DNA of 64,000 bases from positions 4,244 through 68,243 of the forward strand of contig JBDGRL010000012.1 in assembly GCA_042218065.1 (NCBI GenBank), given 5' to 3'. The notes under the pieces were generated by a model. That model made no database searches and had not been told where the DNA came from. It worked only from the letters and a program-made list of their open reading frames with translations. How positions within the stretch are numbered: the stretch's first letter is position 1; every line of letters begins with the position of its first letter. The position numbers were made by a program, and so were the translations under genes. The DNA is from Candidatus Magasanikiibacteriota bacterium (lineage in GTDB: Bacteria > Patescibacteriota > Patescibacteriia > Magasanikbacterales > UBA922). Of the stretch, positions 19,110 through 27,814 are shown one piece after another.

Positions 19110-19541
19110 ATGTTTATAGGAGAGTACACCCACAAGTTAGATGATAAAGGTCGTCTCCTTATACCAAAAAAATTTAGAGATGACCTTAAAGATGGGGCGG
19201 TAGTGACCCGAGGATTAGATGATTGTTTGTTTATGTATACAAAAAATGAATGGGGGCAGTTGGCTGAAGAGTTAGCTGACTTGCCATTCGCTCAATCTAA
19301 TTCTCGGGCTTTCACTCGCCTCATGCTTGCGGGTGCTATGGATGTTGATATTGATTCAAAGGGGAGGATAGTAGTTCCGGATTATTTGCGAGAATTTGCG
19401 GATTTAGACAAAGAAGTGATTATAGCCGGCCTCTATAGTCGTCTCGAACTATGGGATAAAGAAAAATGGGCTGAGTACAAACAAAAGACTGAAGATAATA
19501 GTGGGGAGATTGCCGAAAAGATGTCTGATTTAGGAATATAA
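19110..19541 (+). CDS. mraZ: transcriptional regulator MraZ
   Basis: 143 aa. MFIGEYTHKLDDKGRLLIPKKFRD and a second KGRIVVP repeat match the duplicated MraZ fold. Confidence 0.9.
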   Translation: MFIGEYTHKLDDKGRLLIPKKFRDDLKDGAVVTRGLDDCLFMYTKNEWGQLAEELADLPFAQSNSRAFTRLMLAGAMDVDIDSKGRIVVPDYLREFADLDKEVIIAGLYSRLELWDKEKWAEYKQKTEDNSGEIAEKMSDLGI

Positions 19542-19544
19542 GCT

Positions 19545-20441
19545 ATGGACAGACATAAACCTGTACTTGTTAAAGAAGTGATAGAAAATTTGAACCTATC
19601 TGCTGGTGACAATGCTATAGATTGCACTGTAGGAGATGGTGGTCACAGTGAAAGAATCTTGCAAGAAACTGGCCCAGATGGAAGGTTATTAGCTTTAGAT
19701 GCCGACCCTGAGTCTTTACAAAGATCCAAAGAATTTTTAGAAAATTTTTCAGAGAGGATTATTTTTGTTCGAGAAAATTTTAAGAATTTAGAGCAATTAG
19801 TAAAAAAAGAGGATTTTGAGCATATAAAAGCAGTTTTGTTTGATTTAGGTTGGTCTACAGACCAGCTAGAGAGAGGAAAGGGCTTTAGTTTTGATAAAGA
19901 CGAGCCTCTGGATATGCGTTATGATAACGAAGGAAGAACAGCAGCAGATATAGTCAATAATTTTGACAAGACAAAATTAGAGTTTATATTTCGCAGATTA
20001 GGCGAGGAAGATTTTAGTGAGCAAATCTCTGCTTCGATAGTAGAGAAAAGAGAGGAGGAGCAAATACAAACTACAGAAGACTTAAGGAAGCTAGTTTTAG
20101 AAGTGTACAGAAAGCAATTGAACTCTGATAAAGAGGTGCCCTGGGTAGGCGGTAAGCATCCTGCAACAAATGTATTTCAGGCTTTAAGGATAGCTGTAAA
20201 TAAAGAACTAAAAACACTCAGAAGCGCCCTTCCACAAGCATTAGAAGTTTTAGATTCAGGAGGAAGTATGGCTGTTATTAGTTTCCATTCTTTAGAAGAT
20301 AGAATAGTAAAGCACTTTTTCAAAGATAATAAGGGTAATTTAAAGATTATAACTTCCAGTCCTATAACACCTACTTCAGAGGAAATAGAATCCAATCCTA
20401 GTTCTCGTTCTGCTAAATTAAGAGTAGCACAAAAACTATGA
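19545..20441 (+). CDS. rsmH: 16S rRNA (cytosine1402-N4)-methyltransferase RsmH (MraW)
   Basis: 298 aa with the SAM-binding motif IDCTVGDGGHS, in the conserved position after mraZ. Confidence 0.9.
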   Translation: MDRHKPVLVKEVIENLNLSAGDNAIDCTVGDGGHSERILQETGPDGRLLALDADPESLQRSKEFLENFSERIIFVRENFKNLEQLVKKEDFEHIKAVLFDLGWSTDQLERGKGFSFDKDEPLDMRYDNEGRTAADIVNNFDKTKLEFIFRRLGEEDFSEQISASIVEKREEEQIQTTEDLRKLVLEVYRKQLNSDKEVPWVGGKHPATNVFQALRIAVNKELKTLRSALPQALEVLDSGGSMAVISFHSLEDRIVKHFFKDNKGNLKIITSSPITPTSEEIESNPSSRSAKLRVAQKL

Positions 20442-20779
20442 GAGAATATTCTACTAAAAACTCAAGAAAAGCAAAAAGAAAAAAATGGAAGAGGTTTTTT
20501 CTTGGCACAACCTTTCGATTAATTTTAATTGGTTTGATATTGCTGTTTTCAACTATGTATATTATAGAAACCAGCTCCATTGCTGCTAGTGGTTATAAAA
20601 TCTCTAGTTTAAAGCAAAAGATAGAAAAATTAGAAAATAAAAATCAAAGATTAAAGGTCAAAATTGCACGTAAAAGCTCTATTAACAGCATTACAGATCG
20701 GATCGATCAAGAAGAATATGTGCCGATAAAAAATGCAGAGTATATCTCACTAGAAGGCACCTCTGTAGTGAAGAAATAA
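20438..20779 (+). CDS. ftsL: FtsL-like cell division protein (basic N-terminus, one TM, coiled coil)
   Basis: 113 aa. It overlaps rsmH by 4 nt and has the architecture and position of FtsL in dcw clusters. Confidence 0.5.
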   Translation: MREYSTKNSRKAKRKKWKRFFLGTTFRLILIGLILLFSTMYIIETSSIAASGYKISSLKQKIEKLENKNQRLKVKIARKSSINSITDRIDQEEYVPIKNAEYISLEGTSVVKK

Positions 20780-20806
20780 AAATTAAATAAACACACAAAT
20801 GTACTT

Positions 20807-20830
20807 AGCCGTCTTGGACGGCTTTTTTAT
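20807..20830 (+). terminator. rho-independent terminator AGCCGTC-ttg-GACGGCT + TTTTTTA
   Basis: Perfect 7-bp stem, 3-nt loop and a T-run. Confidence 0.7.
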
Positions 20831-20885
20831 TTATTAGATATTCAACATTATGCTAAAATAATAACTAGAAATATGATTCAAAAAT

Positions 20886-21233
20886 ATGTTTTATCAGAAA
20901 CTAATAGGTAGATTTTTTTTCAGTTTTGTTTATACACCTTTCTGGTGGTATACAAGAGGTCTTGTCAGAGCTTTTTATTTTTGCAAAAGATTATTAAAAA
21001 TTGGAAATAAAAACTTAGTACCGATGCTTTGGTTGAGGAATATTTTTGTCCCTATGTTTGGTCAAAGAGATTGGCAGGGCAGAATTGTTAGTTTTTTTAT
21101 GCGGCTAGCGAATGTTTTTGGTAGGAGCTTAGCTTTATTTTTGTGGTTTATAATCGTATCTCTTGTATTTTTTGTATGGGTATCTTTGCCTGTCTTTGTT
21201 TTGACTATGCTTTTATTTTCTTTATTTAATTGA
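20886..21233 (+). CDS. small hypothetical membrane protein (2-3 TM)
   Basis: 115 aa. It overlaps the start of the downstream ClpC-like gene by 4 nt. Confidence 0.4.
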   Translation: MFYQKLIGRFFFSFVYTPFWWYTRGLVRAFYFCKRLLKIGNKNLVPMLWLRNIFVPMFGQRDWQGRIVSFFMRLANVFGRSLALFLWFIIVSLVFFVWVSLPVFVLTMLLFSLFN

Positions 21234-23917
21234 AGGTTATGGATTTTTCAGAGACAGAAAAATTACCACTTCAGAGGCAAGATGGACAGGTGTACTTTCA
21301 GGAGGGTAAGAATGCTTGGTATTTCGGCCAGAAATTAGATCATAATGAGATTCAATATCGTAGGTATAAGGGTTTAGTAGATAAATTACAGATCGGTTTA
21401 TTGACATTGTTTGCTTTATTTTGCTTCGTTTTATTTTATTTGTTTTTACCAGAATCTTCTTTATTATTCTCTTTTAAGTTTTGGTTGAACCCCGATCCTC
21501 TTCTGGCTTGGTTTTGGTTGGGGGTATTAAGTATTTTATATGTTTGGGCTAGAGTTCTGATTTTAAACCATAAGGACTTAAAGGTATTTGATTACCAGGA
21601 GAAAGATTTTAAGCAGAAAAATCCCTCTGGATCTGATTTATCAAAATCTGGAGCTGAAAATTTATCTAAAAAGAGCAATAAAGATTTAACTAAATATTTC
21701 ACAAAAGACTGTAGGAAAATTATAGATAGAGCTTATAGACTAGCTGATAAGAATAATATAAAAGAGGTAAGTCCAGAAGTTATTTTTTATTCACTTTTAT
21801 TTAATGAAAGAATTTCTAGTATTTTTGTAAGATTGAATTTACCAGTAGATCAGATTAAAGAGAAGTTTTCTGAAATTATTTCGGGAAGTACTCAATTAGA
21901 ACCTAAACTAAAAGACGGTTTTTATCAGACAATTTTTCTTGCATATAAGATAGCACGAAAAGAGAAACAAGAACATATTGATGTTACAGAACTTATCTTA
22001 GCTACAGTGCAAAATTCAAATCAGCTTCAAGAATTTCTTTATGATTTAAAAGTAGATATGGAAAAGTTACAGAAAGTAGTAGAATGGGTTCGTATTAGAT
22101 CTAGATTAAGAAAAAGGTATAGAAGGAGACAAAAAGAGGCTGCTTACAGAAGTGAAGCAGGTATTGATAGAGCAATGACCTCAGTAGCTACCCCTTATTT
22201 AAACAAATTTAGCCAAGATCTTACATTTTTGGCTCAGAAATCTCAACTAGAATCCTGTGTGGCTAGAAAAAAAGAGATTGATGAGATCTTTCGAGTAATA
22301 GAAACAGGAAGACAAAGTGTATTGTTAACTGGAGAAATAGGTGTTGGGAAAAGCACTTTAGTTAATGGTATAGCTCAAAGAATGATAGGCAAAAATATTC
22401 CTAAAGAGTTGGAAGAAAAAAGGCTGGTAAAGCTTTCAATTTCTAAATTACTAGCGGGTACTAGTGTAAGCGGTGCTCAACAAAGGTTAATAAATATAAT
22501 GCAAGAAGTAGCAAAAGCCGGGAATGTCGTGCTATTTATAGATGGCATAGATAAATTGATGGGAGCTCAGACGGATAAAGGTTCCAGTTTAGATGTAGCA
22601 GGAACTTTGGCTGAATACCTAAGTTCTGGTAGATTTTTGACTATCGCAGTTACCACAAATAAAGGGTACAATAGACAGATAGTCAACACTCAGCTGGATA
22701 CGATTTTCTCTCGGGTAAACATAGAAGAGATGGATTTGGACCAAACTATAAAGGTTTTGGAGTCGAAAGCAGGCCTAATTGAACACCAACAAAATATATT
22801 TTTCTCTTATAAGGGACTTGAGCAGTCTGCGGAATTAGCAGAAAAATTTATTCAGCAAAAAAATCTACCAGAGAGTGCTATTGAAATAATGACTCAAGCA
22901 GCTAGCTATAGTAGAAGCCAGAAAGGTGAGAAGTCTTTGGTACTAGAAGAAGATGTATCAGAGGTGGTGAGTGATAAGACCGGCATTCCTACTACTTCGT
23001 TGACGGAAGAGGAGTCAGAGAAACTAATGAAACTGGAAGAAAAAATGCATGAAAGAATTATTGGTCAAGATGAGGCGGTGGAAATGGTATCAAACGCGCT
23101 TCGTAGAGCCAGGACAGAGGTTCGATCTGAGGACAAGCCAATCTCTACTTTTCTCTTCTTGGGACCAACCGGGGTGGGTAAGACTGAGCTAGCAAAAACA
23201 ATTTCTTCGACTTATTTTGGTGGAGAAGAGAAAATGATCCGCATAGATATGAGTGAATACCAAGACAAACAATCTGTTTATAGATTAATAGGTCAACCTA
23301 ATGAGCAAGGTACCGGCCTTCTTACTCAGCAAGTCCGCGAAAATCCATTTTCGTTGTTGTTGTTAGATGAGTTGGAAAAATCAAGTCAGGATGTACAAAA
23401 TCTATTCTTACAAGCCTTTGATGACGGGAAGTTGACTGATAGCGTAGGTAGAGAGGTTGATTTTACCAACACCATCATTATTGCTACCTCTAATGCAGGT
23501 ACTGAGTATGTGCAGAAAGAACTAGAAAAAGGAAAAGAACTAGAAGATATAAAAGAAAAACTCATACGAGGAAAGCTGCAAGAATATTATCCCCCTGAGT
23601 TTTTAAACAGATTTGATGGAATAGTGCTGTTTAAATCTTTGAAAAAAGAAGAAGTAAAGCAAATTGCTGATCTGATGCTGGAGCGAGTACGAGAAGATAT
23701 GGAAGATAAGGGTATAAAACTAGAAATTACCGAAGGTGCACTTGAGTCTCTAGTAGAAGAAGGCTATGACCCTCAGTTTGGAGCTAGACCGATGCAGAGA
23801 GCTATTCAGGATAATATAGAAAATAAACTAGCAGAACTAGTACTAGAGGATGATTTAGATCGTAGAGATGAGGTAACTATTAAAAAAGATTTTGAGGTAG
23901 ATGTAAAAAGAAAATAA
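21230..23917 (+). CDS. ClpA/ClpC-like double AAA+ ATPase with N-terminal transmembrane anchor
   Basis: 895 aa. Two TM helices in the first about 110 aa, a Clp-N-like segment, D1 Walker A GEIGVGKST, D2 Walker A GPTGVGKTELAK, and a sensor region. Confidence 0.7.
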   Translation: MKVMDFSETEKLPLQRQDGQVYFQEGKNAWYFGQKLDHNEIQYRRYKGLVDKLQIGLLTLFALFCFVLFYLFLPESSLLFSFKFWLNPDPLLAWFWLGVLSILYVWARVLILNHKDLKVFDYQEKDFKQKNPSGSDLSKSGAENLSKKSNKDLTKYFTKDCRKIIDRAYRLADKNNIKEVSPEVIFYSLLFNERISSIFVRLNLPVDQIKEKFSEIISGSTQLEPKLKDGFYQTIFLAYKIARKEKQEHIDVTELILATVQNSNQLQEFLYDLKVDMEKLQKVVEWVRIRSRLRKRYRRRQKEAAYRSEAGIDRAMTSVATPYLNKFSQDLTFLAQKSQLESCVARKKEIDEIFRVIETGRQSVLLTGEIGVGKSTLVNGIAQRMIGKNIPKELEEKRLVKLSISKLLAGTSVSGAQQRLINIMQEVAKAGNVVLFIDGIDKLMGAQTDKGSSLDVAGTLAEYLSSGRFLTIAVTTNKGYNRQIVNTQLDTIFSRVNIEEMDLDQTIKVLESKAGLIEHQQNIFFSYKGLEQSAELAEKFIQQKNLPESAIEIMTQAASYSRSQKGEKSLVLEEDVSEVVSDKTGIPTTSLTEEESEKLMKLEEKMHERIIGQDEAVEMVSNALRRARTEVRSEDKPISTFLFLGPTGVGKTELAKTISSTYFGGEEKMIRIDMSEYQDKQSVYRLIGQPNEQGTGLLTQQVRENPFSLLLLDELEKSSQDVQNLFLQAFDDGKLTDSVGREVDFTNTIIIATSNAGTEYVQKELEKGKELEDIKEKLIRGKLQEYYPPEFLNRFDGIVLFKSLKKEEVKQIADLMLERVREDMEDKGIKLEITEGALESLVEEGYDPQFGARPMQRAIQDNIENKLAELVLEDDLDRRDEVTIKKDFEVDVKRK

Positions 23918-23933
23918 TTTCATAAATAAAAAT

Positions 23934-23955
23934 AGCCCAGGATTAATTCTGGGCT
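23934..23955 (-). terminator. hairpin AGCCCAG-8nt-CTGGGCT, T-tract on minus strand
   Basis: 7-bp stem. The reverse-strand reading is followed by ATTTTTATTT. Confidence 0.5.
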
Positions 23956-24007
23956 GTAAATGGAGATTTTTACTATCACCACTTACCACAAACCTTCCTC
24001 GACAGCT

Positions 24008-24044
24008 GGCTTGTCGATGCCGCCCCCCTTTTTTATCTCTGGTT
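24008..24044 (+). terminator. hairpin TCGACA-gctggct-TGTCGA followed by GC-rich spacer and T7 run (probable terminator of ClpC-like gene)
   Basis: 6-bp stem in a short GC-rich patch, then TTTTTTT at 24038-24044. This explains the spurious small reverse ORF 23983..24093. Confidence 0.45.
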
Positions 24045-24251
24045 CAGATTCACCACCATTTTTCTTTTTAAATTCTTTTTCTGTTTTTATCATTATATTT
24101 GTCCAATGATTATAATTTGAGCTATCTTTAATTCGACAATTGCATTTTAAAAATAGTATAAAAATTGTAAAATAAAAGTACCCAGCAGCTTTAGCCACTG
24201 GGTGTGGTGTGACCGTGCCCGTAGAGTCGGCGGGGGTAGGTCGGAATACCC

Positions 24252-24617
24252 TCAATCCTTGAGGTAGACGTCGACGATGATCGGTGGATTTTTGTCATCG
24301 TTGACTACGGTGATTTCGGCTCGGAACCGCTCGTCTTCGAGAGCGAGTTTGTTGAGATCCGTTTCGACCACTTCTTTCATTTCGGCGAGAGCTTCCTCTA
24401 GTGAACTGTAACTTTTATTTGTGGACCATTTCAACCTTTGATTGTAAATCTGTGCGTGTCCCTGCAACCGGGCGCAGTTTGCCGTGTTGGCGATCAGCTG
24501 CCCGTATTGTGAACTGAAATTGTGCGGTACGCACGAATTCGTTGCAAGCACTGTCGGCTTCTTTTTCAGAGCGAGTGTTTGGGCGATCTGGAGCTGTCCT
24601 TGGTCTTCGAACGACAT
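24252..24617 (-). CDS. hypothetical 121-aa protein encoded in an anomalously GC-rich block (foreign-looking)
   Basis: Reverse-strand ATG (plus-strand 24615-24617) is preceded by GAGGT 5 nt upstream. The translation is MSFEDQGQLQIAQTLALKKK...IIVDVYLKD. Local GC is about 50% against about 33% background, with many G/C-ending codons. The ORF track's longer 24252..24686 extends into the AT-rich promoter. Confidence 0.5.
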   Translation of the reverse strand: MSFEDQGQLQIAQTLALKKKPTVLATNSCVPHNFSSQYGQLIANTANCARLQGHAQIYNQRLKWSTNKSYSSLEEALAEMKEVVETDLNKLALEDERFRAEITVVNDDKNPPIIVDVYLKD

Positions 24618-24684
24618 GGTGTACCTCGATTGCTTTGGGAGCGAAAAGAGCGAAACAATTCCCCAGCAACGGGAAATCAAGTGC

Positions 24685-24711
24685 AACTTATCATATATAT
24701 ATTGATGTCAA
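24685..24711 (-). promoter_or_regulatory. putative promoter for the GC-rich-block gene (TTGACA - 15 nt - TAAGTT on minus strand)
   Basis: The reverse complement of 24706-24711 is TTGACA and of 24685-24690 is TAAGTT. The spacer is suboptimal at 15 nt. Confidence 0.3.
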
Positions 24712-24715
24712 GTAA

Positions 24716-25780
24716 ATGACTTTATTTTTTTACTTTTTAACAACTTTTCTGCTAAGTTTAGTTATAACTTGGGCAATTAAACTATATATGAAACAGCAGG
24801 AGATAGTAGACAAAGCCAAAAGCATACAAAGAAAGATACACGATGAGGATAAGCCACTAGGTGGCGGGGCAGCTATTTATTTATCTTTTTTTATACCAAC
24901 AGCTATAGCTTTTTATTTATCGGATATCGGAACCACTATAAATGGTGGCTATTTATTAGCTATAGCTACCAGTGGAGCAATAATTGTTTTAGGTGGGTTA
25001 TTGGATGATATTTATAATCTTAAATACTATTGGCAGTTTATAGCACCCGTGCTGGCTGTGGTCATAATTATTTTTTTTGGTATAGGACCAGAAGTTATTA
25101 CAAACCCGTTCGGAGGAGTTTTTCGTTTGAATAACTTAGTTTTGAGCTTCGGATCCGTTAAATGGGTATTGCTGAGTGATATTATAGTGTTTTTTTGGTT
25201 GATGGGTATGATGTTTACCACTAAACTTTTGGACGGGCTGGACGGATTGGTAGCAGGTTTGGTGGCTATTGGCGGCTTGATGATTTTCTTTTTATCGCTT
25301 CAGCCACAATGGTATCAACCCGAGATGTCGGTTATATCAATCATTTTCGCTGCTAGTTGTCTTGGTTTTTTGTTCTGGAATTGGCATCCAGCAAGTATAT
25401 TCTTGGGGGAGTCTGGCAGTCTGTTGGTTGGATTTATATTAGGTACTTTAGCTATCATATCGGGGGGTAAAATAGCGACTGCATTGTTGGTGATGGGGAT
25501 TCCCATTTTGGATGTTGTCAGGGTTGTGTTTATGCGTGTCAAAAAGGGTAAGTCTGTTTTTAGGGGTGATAAAGAGCATTTACATTTCAGGCTGATAAGT
25601 AATGGGTTGAATCAAAGACAAGCTGTACTTTTATTTTACGCGATATCTTTTTTGTTTGGTATAACTACTTTATTTTTGCAGAGTAAACAGAAACTGATTG
25701 CTTTGCTGTTTTTAGCTGTTTTGATGCTGTTAGTTGGTATATGGTTTTTAAAGCAAGATTCTAATAATACAAGTACTTAA
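24716..25780 (+). CDS. glycosyltransferase family 4 polyprenyl-phosphate HexNAc-1-phosphate transferase (MraY/WecA family)
   Basis: 354 aa with about 10 TM segments and a ..KLLDGLDGLVAGL.. motif (the DGLDGL signature of MraY/WecA). Confidence 0.7.
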   Translation: MTLFFYFLTTFLLSLVITWAIKLYMKQQEIVDKAKSIQRKIHDEDKPLGGGAAIYLSFFIPTAIAFYLSDIGTTINGGYLLAIATSGAIIVLGGLLDDIYNLKYYWQFIAPVLAVVIIIFFGIGPEVITNPFGGVFRLNNLVLSFGSVKWVLLSDIIVFFWLMGMMFTTKLLDGLDGLVAGLVAIGGLMIFFLSLQPQWYQPEMSVISIIFAASCLGFLFWNWHPASIFLGESGSLLVGFILGTLAIISGGKIATALLVMGIPILDVVRVVFMRVKKGKSVFRGDKEHLHFRLISNGLNQRQAVLLFYAISFLFGITTLFLQSKQKLIALLFLAVLMLLVGIWFLKQDSNNTST

Positions 25781-25789
25781 TATTTTTTT

Positions 25790-26245
25790 ATGAAATTCCG
25801 GTTTAAATACTTATTTGTAGCTGTTTTTTTGGTTTCTGCTGTATTTTTGTATTTCACTTATGATGATTTTGACACAGCTCGGATTAAACTTGGTGGCGAG
25901 CAATTAAGAGTTTTGGTGGCAGAAACTAGATATCAAAAATATAAGGGTTTAGGTGGCAGGAGAGGGTTAGATGAGTATGATGGTATGTTATTTAAGTATT
26001 TTCCTCCAAGAAAAGTCGGGATTGTAATGCGGGATATGAAATTTCCTATTGATATAGTCTGGTTGAATGATGGTAAAGTAGTGGATATAGCTCCAAATGT
26101 TCAACCTCAACCAGATACTACAGAGGAAAAGCTTAAAGTGTATCGTCCTAGAAAAAAGGCTAATTTAGTAGTAGAGCTACCTGCTGGTTGGAGTAAAAAA
26201 CATAGTTTAGAAATAGGAAATAAAATTAAAATTTTAAAACAGTGA
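25790..26245 (+). CDS. DUF192 (COG1430) family protein with N-terminal signal/TM
   Basis: 151 aa. ..GLGGRRGLDEYDGMLFKYFPPR...FPIDIVWLNDGKVVDI.. matches the DUF192 pattern. Confidence 0.6.
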   Translation: MKFRFKYLFVAVFLVSAVFLYFTYDDFDTARIKLGGEQLRVLVAETRYQKYKGLGGRRGLDEYDGMLFKYFPPRKVGIVMRDMKFPIDIVWLNDGKVVDIAPNVQPQPDTTEEKLKVYRPRKKANLVVELPAGWSKKHSLEIGNKIKILKQ

Positions 26246-26258
26246 TTTAAAATAAAAA

Positions 26259-26283
26259 AAGGCTATTCCCCCCAAATAGCCTT
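26259..26283 (-). terminator. hairpin AAGGCTATT-ccccccA-AATAGCCTT with T-run on minus strand (terminator for 26292..27143 gene, possibly bidirectional)
   Basis: 9-bp perfect stem. An A8 run precedes it on the plus strand, which is a T8 run for the minus-strand transcript. Confidence 0.65.
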
Positions 26284-26291
26284 ATTGTCCT

Positions 26292-27143
26292 TCATTTGGT
26301 TTTAATCTTCGGAATTTGTGCAAAGCTTAAGTTTATTTTCAAAGTGCTAAGTTCGACTTTATGATTTAGTCTCTCTATAGGTAGGCTCATCAAAGAAAAC
26401 GCAGCTCTCTTTAGTTCGGGGTACTGGTTTGTCAACACTTGTAAATAAATGATGGCAGATGTCATTTTCTTACATTCTTTCCATCTCTTTACTTCCGGAC
26501 CATTAATCATTTCTTTCGGTATATGGTATTTTTTCGCTTTTTCCAACAGTTTTTGGAGGCTTTTAACATACTCGATTCCAGCCTGTATTCTTTTTTGCTG
26601 TTCGGATAGGAGTTCTTTTATTTCTTTCTCTTTTTTCTCTATTCTTCTAACAGCTTCTTCAATTTCTGGGTCTTCACTATTAATTTTGGATATTTTCTGA
26701 TTTACTTTGTTCAGTTCCTTCTTAAGTTTATTTTTATCCTTCTTCAAACTTTTTCGAAAACCTTTCATCAAATCCATATAATCCTGAAGCTTGCTTTTGA
26801 TCATACTTTCGTGTTCTTCCATGTATTTCTGAACCCACTTGTTACCTTTAGAGCAGATCTTTAGTACTTGTTCTTTTTTTATGCTTTTGCAAGTAGGTGC
26901 TTTACTACTGGTTAACAAGTCGAACCCTTCTTCAGTGATTTTGTTGAGATACTTTCTTGATTTGCTCTTACTGCTCGTTTTTTTGAGGACTTTTTTAGCC
27001 TTACCAATGTTCCAAAAGAATGCCTGCAACTGAGCGCTCTTTTCACAACTCCATTTGTTGTTTTTTTCTGCGAAAGCTTGACAGCAGAAAATAGTGATCA
27101 TAGAAAAGATGGCAACACCGATCGTGTAAGCACTTCTTTTCAT
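26292..27143 (-). CDS. hypothetical secreted Lys-rich coiled-coil protein
   Basis: 283 aa with an N-terminal signal peptide (MKRSAYTIGVAIFSMITIFCCQAFA), long K/E-rich helical regions and several Cys. Confidence 0.5.
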   Translation of the reverse strand: MKRSAYTIGVAIFSMITIFCCQAFAEKNNKWSCEKSAQLQAFFWNIGKAKKVLKKTSSKSKSRKYLNKITEEGFDLLTSSKAPTCKSIKKEQVLKICSKGNKWVQKYMEEHESMIKSKLQDYMDLMKGFRKSLKKDKNKLKKELNKVNQKISKINSEDPEIEEAVRRIEKKEKEIKELLSEQQKRIQAGIEYVKSLQKLLEKAKKYHIPKEMINGPEVKRWKECKKMTSAIIYLQVLTNQYPELKRAAFSLMSLPIERLNHKVELSTLKINLSFAQIPKIKTK

Positions 27144-27400
27144 TGTTACCTCCTGAAGCTGTGCTTGGAAGGAGCGAACTTTAGCTCAAGCCTTATAATA
27201 TAAGAAAACTTTAATTTTGTCAATGTAGATACACTAAACTTAAAAATTCGTATTTGTAGAATATAAGACCGTTGTTAACTTAGAGCGTTTAACCTATCTC
27301 TCGATTTAGCATACTTGTCTGAATAGTGAATTTCAAAAGTATTCCAAATCTGCTTAAAGCATTCTTTCAGTGGTTCTTATCTCTGAAAATACTTGCATTC

Positions 27401-27429
27401 TTGACAGAAAGACAAATTTTAGATAAAAT
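27401..27429 (+). promoter_or_regulatory. sigma70-type promoter of rplU (TTGACA - 17 nt - TAAAAT)
   Basis: TTGACA at 27401-27406 and TAAAAT at 27424-27429, about 30 nt before the rplU ATG. Confidence 0.5.
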
Positions 27430-27457
27430 ACTTGCGCTGAAAATAAGTAAAATAAAT

Positions 27458-27766
27458 ATGTTTGCAGTAATAGAAACAGGAGGGAAACAATACCAAGTCC
27501 AGGAAGGCGATAAAATAAAAGTAGAAAAATTAGAAGCAGATGAGGGTGAGGAAGTAGAGTTTGATCAAGTGTTGTTAATGTCTGATGAAGAAGGGGAAGA
27601 AACCGAGATCGGAACTCCTTATTTAGAAGAAACTGTGACTGCTGAAGTCACAGAACAAGATCGTCACGATAAAGTTGAGGTAGTAAAATTTAAACGAAAG
27701 AATAGATATAAGAAAACTTACGGACACAAGCAGCCTTACACTGAAGTTAAGATTAAGTCCTTGTAG
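27458..27766 (+). CDS. rplU: 50S ribosomal protein L21 (bL21)
   Basis: MFAVIETGGKQYQVQEGDKIKVEKL is the conserved L21 N-terminus. The track ORF 27326..27766 carries an unlikely 44-aa N-terminal extension. No rpmA follows. Confidence 0.85.
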   Translation: MFAVIETGGKQYQVQEGDKIKVEKLEADEGEEVEFDQVLLMSDEEGEETEIGTPYLEETVTAEVTEQDRHDKVEVVKFKRKNRYKKTYGHKQPYTEVKIKSL

Positions 27767-27814
27767 TTAGAGTTGACTTTTAGGTAGTCTGATTTGCCTA
27801 CTTTCCAAAAAGTG

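Noticed and set aside
23983-24255. 90-aa reverse ORF / 36-aa lysine-rich peptide (MIKTEKEFKKK...)
   Set aside because: It has no RBS, and its GC-rich 3' part coincides with a hairpin plus T7 terminator on the plus strand, so the terminator explains it better.
24484-24719. 73-aa and 65-aa plus-strand ORFs in the 24.2-24.7 kb GC-rich block
   Set aside because: They are antisense to the better-supported 121-aa reverse gene (RBS, terminator) and lack start context.
27326-27457. 44-aa N-terminal extension of rplU in the ORF track
   Set aside because: Conserved L21 begins at MFAVIETGG (27458). The extension overlaps the TTGACA/TAAAAT promoter and is hydrophobic and atypical.
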